Shown one piece after another: positions 29,719 to 39,306 of a DNA stretch of 64,000 bases. The stretch spans positions 70,616-134,615 of the forward strand of contig JAYODI010000003.1 of NCBI GenBank assembly GCA_038279365.1, given 5' to 3'. The stretch is from Candidatus Latescibacterota bacterium (GTDB lineage Bacteria > Latescibacterota > UBA2968). A program made the translations under genes and the position numbers. A model generated the notes under the pieces. The model had not been told where the DNA came from. It ran no database searches and worked only from the letters and a program-made list of their open reading frames with translations. Position 1 is the stretch's first letter; each line of letters begins with the position of its first letter.

Positions 29719-30195
29719 ATGGATGTTATGGAACACATAACGCTTCAAGTAAATGGGCAAAACCATATCTTAGATGTTGACCCAGAAACACCACTGATTT
29801 ATGTGTTGCGCAATGATTTGTCATTAAAAGGTACAAAGTTTGGATGTGGGTTGGAGCAATGTGGGGCGTGTAAGGTAATTGTGGATGGAGAGGCTTTGCC
29901 TTCTTGTAAGCGGTCTGTTGCATCTGTGATCGGATGTGAAATCGTGACGATAGAGGGCGTGGGCACACGAGACAACTTGCATCCCATTCAAAAAGCATTT
30001 GTGGATGAACAAGCGGCACAGTGTGGGTTTTGTACGGCGGGGTTGATTGTGGCGGCTAAGGCATTGCTCGATCAAAACGTGAATCCGACAGAGGATGAGA
30101 TTTGTAATCATTTGGCCATTCACTTGTGTCGATGTGGCTCGCACGGTCGTATTTTGCGTGCGGTGAAGCGGGCTGCTAAGGAGATGGCGAAATGA
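29719..30195 (+). CDS. 2x[2Fe-2S] small subunit of a molybdo-hydroxylase (IorA/NicA/CoxS-like)
   Basis: GTKFGCGLEQCGAC, QCGFC, LCRCG. Confidence 0.93.
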   Translation: MDVMEHITLQVNGQNHILDVDPETPLIYVLRNDLSLKGTKFGCGLEQCGACKVIVDGEALPSCKRSVASVIGCEIVTIEGVGTRDNLHPIQKAFVDEQAAQCGFCTAGLIVAAKALLDQNVNPTEDEICNHLAIHLCRCGSHGRILRAVKRAAKEMAK

Positions 30196-32300
30196 GCGAT
30201 ATGGTGATTCGCATTGAAAAGGATGAAACCGTTTCGGTGTTGATTGGGAAGTCGGAGATTGGGCAGGGGATTTATACGTCAATTGCCCAAATTGCAGCGG
30301 AAGAATTGGATGTGTCTTTGGGGCGAATGCGCGTGGTATCACCCGATACGGCTCATGCGCCCAATGGATCGTATACGGCAGGGAGCAATTCGATTCAGGG
30401 AGAAGGGCGCAAGGTGCGCCAAGCCGCAGCAGATGTGCGTTGGACGTTGTTGCAAAAGGTGGCAGATTTGTGGGGTGTGGATGTTTCAACATTGCGGGTG
30501 TCGGACGGTGTGATTTGTGATGGGATGCGAGAAACGACATATTGGGCATTGTTGGATGGTGAGGTGTTGGAGATGGGCGTCATTGAAAAAGGAACGCCTA
30601 AAAAAGCAGATGACTATGGTGTTGTGGGCGAATCGGTTGGTCAGTTGAAGCTGATGGATATTGTGACGGGGCAACCGCATTTTGTTCAAGATATGGATGT
30701 GCACAATATGGTACACGGGCGCGTGGTGCACCCACCGCGCTATGGGGCAAAACTGGTTTCTGTGGCGGACATAAGCGATTGCGTTGGTGTGTTGTTGGTG
30801 GTGCGCGATGGCAGCTTTTTGGGTGTGGTTGCCCAACGTGAAGAACAGGCCATTTGGGCGGCAGATGTTTTGCGGGAAAGATGTGTGTGGGAAGGTGGGC
30901 AAGATTTGCCAAATGAAAAAGATCTCTTTAATCACCTGATGAATACATCCAAACAGAAGGCCCTGTTGGTGGTAGATGGCAAACCCATATCTGATGAGGT
31001 GCCGGATGTGGTAGTTCCTGAAGGGGCGGCTGAGACCATTCAAACGACGTATTATCGCCCCTACCATATGCATGGTTCCTTGGGGCCTTCTGCGGCGTTG
31101 GCACATTGGCAAGAGGGGGCATTGACCGTATGGTCACATACGCAGGGTGTGTCGCCTTTGCGTGGGGCGTTGGCGCAGGTGTTGGATTTGCCCACAGATA
31201 GGGTGCGGGTAATTCATGTGGAGGGTGCGGGATGTTATGGGCACAATGGTGCAGATGATGTGGCTTTGGATGCGGCGCTGTTGGCTCGTGCGTTGCCTGA
31301 GCGACCTGTGATGTTGAAATGGATGCGCGATGATGAACATGCTTGGGAGCCTTATGGGTCTTGTATGGCGGTGATGATGCAGGGCAGTGTGGATGCTGCT
31401 GGTATGGTGATCGATTGGAATCACGATGTTTGGAGTTACACACATTCGGGTCGCCCTCGGGCGATGGATGGCGTGTCGAATTTGTTGTCGGCGTGGCATT
31501 TGGAACACGCTGTTTTACCGCCTGTTGCCAAACCGGGAGGCGGGTCACACAGTGGCATTCATCGCAATGCTGACCCATTGTACAATTTTGCAAAACGGCG
31601 TGTGGTCAAACACTTTGTGCCCGACAGCCCACTGCGTGTGTCTGCTTTACGTGGGTTGGGCTCGCCTGGAAATGTGTTTGCGATTGAATCGTTTATGGAT
31701 GAGTTGGCTACGGTTGCAGGTGAAGACCCCGTGGCATTTCGTTTAAAACATTTGGATGATGATCGGGCTAAAGATGTGATTCGGGCCGCGGTGGAGACGG
31801 CTGGTTGGCAAGCGGGTGTGCGGGGGTTGGGTGAAGGACACGGGCAAGGGCTTGGGTTTGCACAGTATAAAAATGAGAAGTGTTATGTGGCAGTGGTTTT
31901 TGATGTGCGCGTCGATGTGGCAACGGGGCAGATTGTTTTGGAAAAGGCGACCATTGCCGCCGATGCTGGACAGGTGGTGAACCCAAATGGTTTAAAAAAC
32001 CAATTGGAAGGTGGGGTGATTCAGGCGGCCAGTTGGGCAATGAAAGAGGCGGTGAGATTTGATCGGGAACGCATTACAAGCCGAGATTGGGAGACATATC
32101 CCATTTTGAAATTTCCAGATATGCCTCAGGTCGAAACGGTGTTGATTGATCGACCGGGTTTGCCGAGCTTGGGCAGCGGTGAAGCCACACAAGGGCCGAC
32201 CCCGGCGGCCATTGCCAATGCGGTTTTTGATGCGGTGGGTATTCGGTTGCGGCAAATGCCGTTTACCCCTGAGTACGTGTTGGCGTGTTATAGGGGTTAA
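30192..32300 (+). CDS. molybdopterin-binding large subunit, xanthine dehydrogenase family (IorB/NicB-like)
   Basis: GKSEIGQG, GAGCYGHNG, LRGLG, ESFMDELA, NQLEGG, GSGE, AIANA. Confidence 0.92.
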   Translation: MSDMVIRIEKDETVSVLIGKSEIGQGIYTSIAQIAAEELDVSLGRMRVVSPDTAHAPNGSYTAGSNSIQGEGRKVRQAAADVRWTLLQKVADLWGVDVSTLRVSDGVICDGMRETTYWALLDGEVLEMGVIEKGTPKKADDYGVVGESVGQLKLMDIVTGQPHFVQDMDVHNMVHGRVVHPPRYGAKLVSVADISDCVGVLLVVRDGSFLGVVAQREEQAIWAADVLRERCVWEGGQDLPNEKDLFNHLMNTSKQKALLVVDGKPISDEVPDVVVPEGAAETIQTTYYRPYHMHGSLGPSAALAHWQEGALTVWSHTQGVSPLRGALAQVLDLPTDRVRVIHVEGAGCYGHNGADDVALDAALLARALPERPVMLKWMRDDEHAWEPYGSCMAVMMQGSVDAAGMVIDWNHDVWSYTHSGRPRAMDGVSNLLSAWHLEHAVLPPVAKPGGGSHSGIHRNADPLYNFAKRRVVKHFVPDSPLRVSALRGLGSPGNVFAIESFMDELATVAGEDPVAFRLKHLDDDRAKDVIRAAVETAGWQAGVRGLGEGHGQGLGFAQYKNEKCYVAVVFDVRVDVATGQIVLEKATIAADAGQVVNPNGLKNQLEGGVIQAASWAMKEAVRFDRERITSRDWETYPILKFPDMPQVETVLIDRPGLPSLGSGEATQGPTPAAIANAVFDAVGIRLRQMPFTPEYVLACYRG

Positions 32301-32327
32301 ATTTTTTTGGTGGTATGAATGGAAATT

Positions 32328-32363
32328 AAAATGGCCTTACGTTTTTTGCGTAAGGCCATTTTT
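32328..32363. terminator. bidirectional intrinsic terminator
   Basis: AAAATGGCCTTACG...CGTAAGGCCATTTT between convergent genes. Confidence 0.88.
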
Positions 32364-32380
32364 GATGCTCTGTCATTTTG

Positions 32381-35290
32381 TTATGCAGAATCAGGGGTTA
32401 GGTGTGTTTGTCGAATTTGATAGGCTTTTAATAGGGTTTGGTTGAGGCTGTTTTGATCAAATGGTTTGCTGATGGTGAGGTCAATGTCTGGGTGATCTTC
32501 TACGATTGAATTTTTGATTTCCCAACCCGTCATCAAAATGGTGACAACTTGGGGGTGGTTTTGTTTAATCTGCTCAACAATTTCAAGACCTGAAATGCCT
32601 GCCAATGTCCAGTCGGTGATGACCACATCGTATGTATTTTTTTTGATAGATTGAAGAGCCGAGGTGCCATTAGATTCGGTGTCTACATGGTGTGATGTGA
32701 GCAGTTGGGGCAAAAAATCTCTGACAGCGGCATCTTCGTCTATGACCAAGATACGCAGGTTATCTATGGGTGTGTGCGTATTTGTTTCTGTTTGTATGTC
32801 GCCTTGGGTGGTGGGAATAAAGATGGTGAAAGCTGTTCCTTCTCCCAATTCACTTTCGAGTACGATGCGACCACCCAAATTTTGAACGAGTGCCCAGACA
32901 GTGCTCAGGCCAAGCCCCGTTCCACGGTCTGGGTCTTTGGTTGAAAAGAAGGGTTCAAACACACGGGCTTTGGTTTCTTCATCCATACCGGTGCCTGTGT
33001 CTTCTACTTTGAGCATGACTTCTTCTTTTGTACCACTTGTGGAGATGGTAATGGTGCCACCTAAAGGCATTGCATCTACGGCGTTAAAAATGAGATTGGA
33101 AATTACTTCTTCCCAGGCTGAAGCGGTGCTGCGCACAAAGGGTAAGGGTTCGAGATGGGTCACGATTTCAATGGTGATGCCTTCGCGTTCGGGGCGGGCT
33201 TTCCAACGCGGGCGTGTGATGTCGACGGTGTCTCTGATAATGGTATTCAGATCCATAGGCACGGTTTCGGACAGGTCTATGGGGCGTCCAAAGGTTTGGA
33301 TGCGCCGAACAATATCTGAGCATCGTTTTCCTGAGTTCACAATTTTTTGGGCATTGTTGCGTGTGTTTTCCGATAGCTCTGGATTGAGTGTCATGAGCTC
33401 GGCATAACCCAAAACACTGGTAAGGAGGTTGTTAAAGTTGTGGGCCACCCCGGCGGCCATTTCGCCCAAAACGCGCAATTTTTCGGCTTGGTGTAATTGA
33501 TCTCGAAAATGTTGTTCGGCGGCTTCACGCTCTTTGCGCTCTTGTACGTCACGTCCAATGCCGTGTATGCCAATGGGTTTGTTGTCTGAAGATAAAATCC
33601 ATCTTGAGACCACTTCAATTTGCCGTTGCCCATTTTTACATTGGATCGCGAATTCACTTGTTGGGCGTGGCATGCCTGAGATGATGAGGCGTTCTTCAAA
33701 TTGGATGCGTTTGGCTTCTTCAGAGGACATTAAATTGTAGATGGGTTTGCCAATCAGTTCGGCTTCTGTTTTGCCAAGGATGGTGAGTGCGGCTTTGTTG
33801 ACGGATGTGATACATCTGTTCATATCGGTGGTGTAGACAATGTCTTGTGCATTGTCAAAAAGGTCGCGGTATTGGCTTTCTGATTTGGATAGGGCATCGA
33901 GAGAGTTTTTAAGGGCGCGTGTCATTTCGTTAAACGACTGTGCCAGTTCGCCAATTTCGTCTTGGGTGGTTTGGACTATTTGTGTATCCAAATGACCAGA
34001 AGCGATTTTTTTGGTGCCATCGACAAGGGCCAGCAAGGGTTTTGTGATTTTGCCGATGCCAACAAAGCTGATCAGGGCCGACAGCAACAAAACGCTGATG
34101 CCCAAGATGACCAAGAGTTTTTCTGCCGTAATGAGAAATTCGATGGCTCGGTCGTAAGAGAGTTGGAGCAAATAAAACCCTTGTATGTTGCCACCCAAAT
34201 CTGTGAGGGGATTTTGGAGGGAGATGTAGGTTTCATCATTTAGGGTTGTTCGAAAGGTGTTTGAATTGGCCGCAGCTGTGTGTGTGGCCAGTTGGGCGTT
34301 TAGGTCTTCACGCAAATTTTGTGGCCAAGTAGATGCAATAATTTGGTTGTTGATGCCAAAGGAGACTTCACTGTCTGTCATGCGGTTTAAGTTGCTGGCC
34401 AACCAGTCGTCTATGCCAAAACCGACACTGAGTGTACCCATAACCTGGTTGTTGACCCATACGGGCATAATGACAAACTGGGCAATTTGGTCACGATCTG
34501 TTTGTAAGCCAGTGCTGGAAGAGCCATTGAGGGCATCGCGAATTTTGGCCGATTGGGAAAGATCGGTGCCATATGTTGTTTTGCGCAGAAATGCTTCTTG
34601 TATGTTGCCTTGTGTGTTGATGATGGCAACCAAATCACTGTCAAAGGTTTCTAAAAATTGTCGTGCGAGGGCATTGTGATTGAGTAGGAGCAGGGCATTT
34701 TCTTTATAGAGTGATTGCAAACTGTTTTTGATTTCATCGGGCGAGATGTTGGGTGTGTCGAAACCGAGAATCAGTTGCTGATTGTTTGGGAGGGCAAATA
34801 GAAAGGGATGGTAGATTTGGCCATCATATTCCCACGGGCGGGGTGTTTTATTGGTGTGTGTGGCCAGGTGTGCCAGCAAGGAATTGTCGGCTTGTTGGGG
34901 CAATGATAAAATGGCCAATCGTGCCAGCACACGCCCTTGATGATTGGTGACCATAAACAGGTCACCACCTATAATGCGCTGAAACTTTCGGGATTCTCGC
35001 AAAATTGTTTTGGCTTGATAATCAAATTCTGGGTCGATAATGTCTAAGGGTGCGGTAAAACGTGGATCTTCTGCAACGACTTCACATTGTGCCTGTAACC
35101 AATTGGTACGGGCAGACATAAAAGATTCAAAAACGAGCTGGGTGCGTTCCAAGTCTTTTTTGATCTGTGATTCGACATGGTCTGAAACAAATGCTTGTAA
35201 AACCACAAGGGACAGTCCTGTGATGAGGATGACAATCCCAAAGGTAAAAAAAAGCATTTTGCCACGCAGGCTTTTGAAGTGTTGCATCAT
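32381..35290 (-). CDS. hybrid sensor histidine kinase (TM, Cache-like, TM, HAMP, PAS, HisKA, HATPase, REC)
   Basis: DEIGELAQSFNEM (HAMP), YRDLFDNA (PAS), AGVAHNFNNLL (H-box), NLIFNAVDAM, DTGTG, FEPFFSTK, GTGLGL, DVVITDW (REC). Confidence 0.93.
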   Translation of the reverse strand: MMQHFKSLRGKMLFFTFGIVILITGLSLVVLQAFVSDHVESQIKKDLERTQLVFESFMSARTNWLQAQCEVVAEDPRFTAPLDIIDPEFDYQAKTILRESRKFQRIIGGDLFMVTNHQGRVLARLAILSLPQQADNSLLAHLATHTNKTPRPWEYDGQIYHPFLFALPNNQQLILGFDTPNISPDEIKNSLQSLYKENALLLLNHNALARQFLETFDSDLVAIINTQGNIQEAFLRKTTYGTDLSQSAKIRDALNGSSSTGLQTDRDQIAQFVIMPVWVNNQVMGTLSVGFGIDDWLASNLNRMTDSEVSFGINNQIIASTWPQNLREDLNAQLATHTAAANSNTFRTTLNDETYISLQNPLTDLGGNIQGFYLLQLSYDRAIEFLITAEKLLVILGISVLLLSALISFVGIGKITKPLLALVDGTKKIASGHLDTQIVQTTQDEIGELAQSFNEMTRALKNSLDALSKSESQYRDLFDNAQDIVYTTDMNRCITSVNKAALTILGKTEAELIGKPIYNLMSSEEAKRIQFEERLIISGMPRPTSEFAIQCKNGQRQIEVVSRWILSSDNKPIGIHGIGRDVQERKEREAAEQHFRDQLHQAEKLRVLGEMAAGVAHNFNNLLTSVLGYAELMTLNPELSENTRNNAQKIVNSGKRCSDIVRRIQTFGRPIDLSETVPMDLNTIIRDTVDITRPRWKARPEREGITIEIVTHLEPLPFVRSTASAWEEVISNLIFNAVDAMPLGGTITISTSGTKEEVMLKVEDTGTGMDEETKARVFEPFFSTKDPDRGTGLGLSTVWALVQNLGGRIVLESELGEGTAFTIFIPTTQGDIQTETNTHTPIDNLRILVIDEDAAVRDFLPQLLTSHHVDTESNGTSALQSIKKNTYDVVITDWTLAGISGLEIVEQIKQNHPQVVTILMTGWEIKNSIVEDHPDIDLTISKPFDQNSLNQTLLKAYQIRQTHLTPDSA

Positions 35291-35295
35291 GGTGT

Positions 35296-35949
35296 TTAAA
35301 ATGAAAAATTGGTGGTGATGGTGCCTGTTTCGGGAACGGTTATGGTTTGTGATTGTGTGCCGTGATCGGGGTGCCAAGCAAAAAGCTGATAGGTGCCTGG
35401 TGGAATGTCTGAAAATGTATATTTACCCGTTTGGGATGGTACGGTGAACAGCGGTGTATCGAGAATGAGAATATAGGCTTTCATGCCAGGGTGAATTTCG
35501 CACCGCACCACGACCACACCGGGTTTGTCGAAGGTTTGATAGGTGGTTTCTCCTTTGGCATAACGCCCCAAATCAAATCGTTCGCCAGACATGACAGAAA
35601 AGACGTTGTGATAAAAATCGTCTTCATTGGGGAAACTGATGGCTGTGCCTGTTTGCACGGGCAATACATAGGGCACAAACATTTCATCTTGTTGGATCAT
35701 GGTTGCGGTAGGTTTTTGAGTGGTATCGGGGCGAATGGTATTGCCTTTGAGGTAGATTACCGTATTTTGTGGGCCTTCGGGAATCATGGTGGTGTGGCGG
35801 CTTGAGCGATAGGGCCCCATGTAGTATCGTTTGGGGCGTGCTGTTTGCTCTGTTTTGGGAAGTTGCACCGTACCCGTAAGGGTAGCCGATTTGGCAGATG
35901 GGCAGATAAAGAGCGTGATTAGAAAGGCATAAAATATGAAATGGTACAT
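35296..35949 (-). CDS. secreted cupredoxin-like protein with carboxypeptidase-regulatory-like flanks
   Basis: Signal peptide from ATG 35949; FPNEDDFYHNVFS and CEIHPGM supply His/Cys/His/Met type-1 copper ligands; IPPGTYQLFAWH. Confidence 0.8.
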   Translation of the reverse strand: MYHFIFYAFLITLFICPSAKSATLTGTVQLPKTEQTARPKRYYMGPYRSSRHTTMIPEGPQNTVIYLKGNTIRPDTTQKPTATMIQQDEMFVPYVLPVQTGTAISFPNEDDFYHNVFSVMSGERFDLGRYAKGETTYQTFDKPGVVVVRCEIHPGMKAYILILDTPLFTVPSQTGKYTFSDIPPGTYQLFAWHPDHGTQSQTITVPETGTITTNFSF

Positions 35950-36024
35950 GATAACCCTATGTGTGTTTTGGGCTTGAGTGGTTTTAATGCTTAAGAAAAC
36001 GGATAGGTTCATCTGTCTTTAGAC

Positions 36025-37260
36025 TTAAAAAGACAAAGAAAGTTGCGCTGCTCCAAATGTGGTACGGGCCGAACGGGCTTTGTGAATGTCTTGGACGATG
36101 AGTTTACCCAACACGCCTTCCCAGAATTGATATCCGATGCCGCCTTCAAGGCGCCAGATGTCGTCATCCCAAGTGAGCAATTGACCTGTGCTGTTTGGGA
36201 TTTTTCCAAATGTGAGTTGGTCAAATCGTGCAGAGGCATATAAGCCAGGCAAAAAGGCATATTGCCCTTCCATATACCACCCCAATACGGTGAGGTCTTT
36301 GCGGTTGTTTTGGCTGTCAACTATGTTGGGAATTTGCCAGGTGTTAAAAACGGCTTCGCCTATGAGCTTCAGATGGCGAACTTCGTAATGAAAATCGAAA
36401 CCGAAGACTTCTTGTACAAAATCTTCGGGTGTTTGACCTGCGGGTAGCACACTGCCAATAACCCTGTCTAAATAGGCACCACGCGCATAAGAAGAACCAA
36501 TGATGAGACCCGTTGCGGGGATAAGACTGAGGCGAGAGATGATTTGTTTGCCGTCGTTGTTGTCTGTGCCTGTATTGGCGGGGTTTGAGAGGGTGCCGTG
36601 TGTGAGCCCAAGGCTGTATTCAAACCGCCAAAAACTCCCAAAAGCGCGTATGCCCGTGTCCCAACAGACGTCGTAGATGATGGGTAACCCATGGAAGAGT
36701 GTTGTGCTTCCACCACCGCTATAACCTGTGAAAATGCTGTTGTTGCCTTGTCCGCGGCTTTTTAATAGGTCATCGTTATTTGCGGGGAGTTGGTTTGAGC
36801 GAAGGGATGTAAAATAGTGGTGTATCAACGGTGGGGAGATCAATGTTGTGCGATTGGAATAGGCTCGAGGGCCATAAGAGCCAAATGTGGTGGAGAGTTT
36901 GCCTGCTTCGAGCAAGAGTTCAAAGGTTTCGTTTTGAATGGCGTCAAATTGCAAAATAGGTCGCCAATAAGTGGCCATTTGGGCACGTGATGTTGGGGCC
37001 AAGATGGTTTGGTTAAATAAAGTTAATCGGGGGGCCAGCACCACATCGCCAAAGAGAGTGGCACGCATGTTGTCAAATGGGCTGTCGTTGCGGCGATATT
37101 GATTGACCAATGGTGCACCTTGGTCGCTAAAAGCAGTGGTTAACTCGACGATGCCACCAAAATAAAATTTGGGGTCAACTGTGTTTTGTGCTTGGGTTTT
37201 ATTAGAAAATAAAAAACAACAGATGCAGATTGTTTTTACCAAAAACCATCGCATATTCAT
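36025..37260 (-). CDS. putative outer-membrane beta-barrel (porin-like) protein
   Basis: Signal peptide, alternating amphipathic strands, DNNDGK and GWYMEGQY motifs, C-terminal QLSLSF; start may be 37287. Confidence 0.68.
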   Translation of the reverse strand: MNMRWFLVKTICICCFLFSNKTQAQNTVDPKFYFGGIVELTTAFSDQGAPLVNQYRRNDSPFDNMRATLFGDVVLAPRLTLFNQTILAPTSRAQMATYWRPILQFDAIQNETFELLLEAGKLSTTFGSYGPRAYSNRTTLISPPLIHHYFTSLRSNQLPANNDDLLKSRGQGNNSIFTGYSGGGSTTLFHGLPIIYDVCWDTGIRAFGSFWRFEYSLGLTHGTLSNPANTGTDNNDGKQIISRLSLIPATGLIIGSSYARGAYLDRVIGSVLPAGQTPEDFVQEVFGFDFHYEVRHLKLIGEAVFNTWQIPNIVDSQNNRKDLTVLGWYMEGQYAFLPGLYASARFDQLTFGKIPNSTGQLLTWDDDIWRLEGGIGYQFWEGVLGKLIVQDIHKARSARTTFGAAQLSLSF

Positions 37261-37556
37261 GGAGATGTTTCCTAAATGGTTAAACATTGTGGTAGATTAA
37301 GTATTTGTAAATATTGCGTTTTTTAGACGGCTGTCAAGTGGATTTGTATCTTGAGGGGGATCTGGGTAAAATATGATTTTACTTGGTGGCTCTTTTGGGG
37401 ATACGGGTTGAAAAGGGTTTGGGGAATGCACAGCATTGCATTTACTTTTGGTTTGTGGATAAACCATTGCGTTTGTTTGATTTTGGTGTGAAAATTTTGA
37501 GGTTAATTTGTCGGAGCATCATTGAGACCTTTGGATATTTAAACTGAGGAGCGGGT

Positions 37557-39056
37557 ATGAAAAAACAACCCAATATAATTGTGATTATGACAGATCAGCA
37601 CCGACTGTCTGCGGTGGGTGCTTATGGTCAGACGGTTTGCCAAACACCCAATATTGATCGGTTGGCAAGCGAAGGGGTTCGGTTTGAGACGGCCTATACG
37701 TCTAACCCTGTGTGTAGCCCAGCACGTGCTACGGTGATGACGGGGCAATATCCGCACACCCATGGGATTACGTCTAATTTGCACAATGTGGGCTGTAGTG
37801 TCCACGAGTTAAGAGATCGGCCAGCGTTGTTGTCGCGAAGAATGGAACAGGCAGGATATCGTTTGGGGTATACGGGAAAGTGGCATTTGGGCACGAACAA
37901 GACGGAGAGTTTTGGCATTCCCAATGAACCGTCTTTGCCCAAAGATGTGGGGTTTGAGGGACAGAATTTTGATAATCACGGTGGTGGGGGATTTGATTAT
38001 GCCGAGTATCAGGATTATTTGAAGGCAAATGGATGGGTGCACAAGGTGAAGGAATGGGGGGAGGAGACTGCGCATATTTTGCCTATGGGAGAATTGGAAG
38101 GACCCGTTGAATCGACGGTGCCTTATTTTTTGACGCAACATACAATGGATTTGGTGGATCGTTTTGCAGAAGATGAACACCCGTTTTTTATTTGGCACAA
38201 TTTCTGGGGGCCACACGGGCCTTATTTTGCACCAAAGGAATATGTGGATCGGTATCGTGGTGTGTCTATTCCTGAGTGGCCCAATTATCGGTGGCCGTCG
38301 CGTGAGATGATGGGGCCGCACCAAGTGAAGATTCATCCGGATCATGAGCGGCTTTCGTGGGCCGATTGGGAGATGGCTCTGCGGTATTATTATGCGTTTA
38401 CAACACTCATTGATGAACAGATTGGGCGATTGGTGGCGCATTTGGAGGCAACGGGTCAACTTGAGAATACGGTGATTGTTTTTGTATCGGATCACGGTGA
38501 AACAATTGGGAGCCACGGTGGCTTAACCGATAAGGGGTGGCATCATTTTGAGGAGATTCATCGCATTCCATTTATCATTCGGTTTCCCGATGGCACAGCC
38601 AAGGGAGAGGTGCGGGAGGCGTTTGTTTCACTGACCGATTTGTATCCGACGGTGTGTGATTTGGGTGGGGCCAGTTGGAATGAAAAAGCGGTTCATGGTC
38701 GGTCGCTTTTGCCTTTGGTGGCCAATGCAAATGTGGATTGGCGCGATACGGTGGTGTCGGAGTTTGGAGGGGTGAACAGTTTGGCGGCGACGTTGCGCAC
38801 GTTGCGATATGGGCATTATAAATATGGATATAACTGTGCAGGAGAGGATGAGTTGTATGATTTGGAGAAAGATCCGTGGGAGACGCGCAATGTGATTCAT
38901 CACCCAGATTATCGGGCGGTGGCAACGGATTTGCGCCGGCGGTTGTATGTGTGGATGACGGAGACAAATGATCCGGCGAGGCGGATTTATCAGTGTCGGT
39001 TGCGGTTTTTTGGGGAGCATTTGGGGGTGGCGGGGGTTGGGAAACATCCGGGATAG
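37557..39056 (+). CDS. sulfatase (Cys-type)
   Basis: CSPARATVMTG, GKWHLG, SDHG, DELYDLEKDP; GAGGAG RBS. Confidence 0.95.
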   Translation: MKKQPNIIVIMTDQHRLSAVGAYGQTVCQTPNIDRLASEGVRFETAYTSNPVCSPARATVMTGQYPHTHGITSNLHNVGCSVHELRDRPALLSRRMEQAGYRLGYTGKWHLGTNKTESFGIPNEPSLPKDVGFEGQNFDNHGGGGFDYAEYQDYLKANGWVHKVKEWGEETAHILPMGELEGPVESTVPYFLTQHTMDLVDRFAEDEHPFFIWHNFWGPHGPYFAPKEYVDRYRGVSIPEWPNYRWPSREMMGPHQVKIHPDHERLSWADWEMALRYYYAFTTLIDEQIGRLVAHLEATGQLENTVIVFVSDHGETIGSHGGLTDKGWHHFEEIHRIPFIIRFPDGTAKGEVREAFVSLTDLYPTVCDLGGASWNEKAVHGRSLLPLVANANVDWRDTVVSEFGGVNSLAATLRTLRYGHYKYGYNCAGEDELYDLEKDPWETRNVIHHPDYRAVATDLRRRLYVWMTETNDPARRIYQCRLRFFGEHLGVAGVGKHPG

Positions 39057-39119
39057 GTGGGGTGTTGCTGTTGAGAACCTGTTGGGGTTTTTTGATTGTG
39101 GGTTGCTTGTCATGCCTTC

Positions 39120-39283
39120 GGCGACCCACTTTTTAAACGACTAAAAAGTGGGGCAAAAAGTCGCCCCTCAAATGCCGGGGGGCTGCCACAGCGCAAATCT
39201 CGTTTGTGGGTGCAATGGGTTCAGTGGCCTACGAGAGGTGGGGTGGAAACGTAGGCTGTGCAAGGGGGATAATGCGCTGTGGC
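39120..39283. repeat. composite palindromic intergenic element
   Basis: Nested inverted repeats GGCGAC/GTCGCC and CCCACTTTTTA/TAAAAAGTGGG, then a perfect 11-bp GCCACAGCGCA/TGCGCTGTGGC enclosing GCCTACG/CGTAGGC. Confidence 0.65.
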
Positions 39284-39306
39284 GTGGTTGTTTTGAGTGG
39301 GGAGGA

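Noticed and set aside
35961-35985. Sequence reading TQAQNT upstream of the cupredoxin gene, echoing TQAQNT in the barrel protein (near 37181-37200)
   Set aside because: Short and imperfect at DNA level in a G/T-biased background; probably chance.
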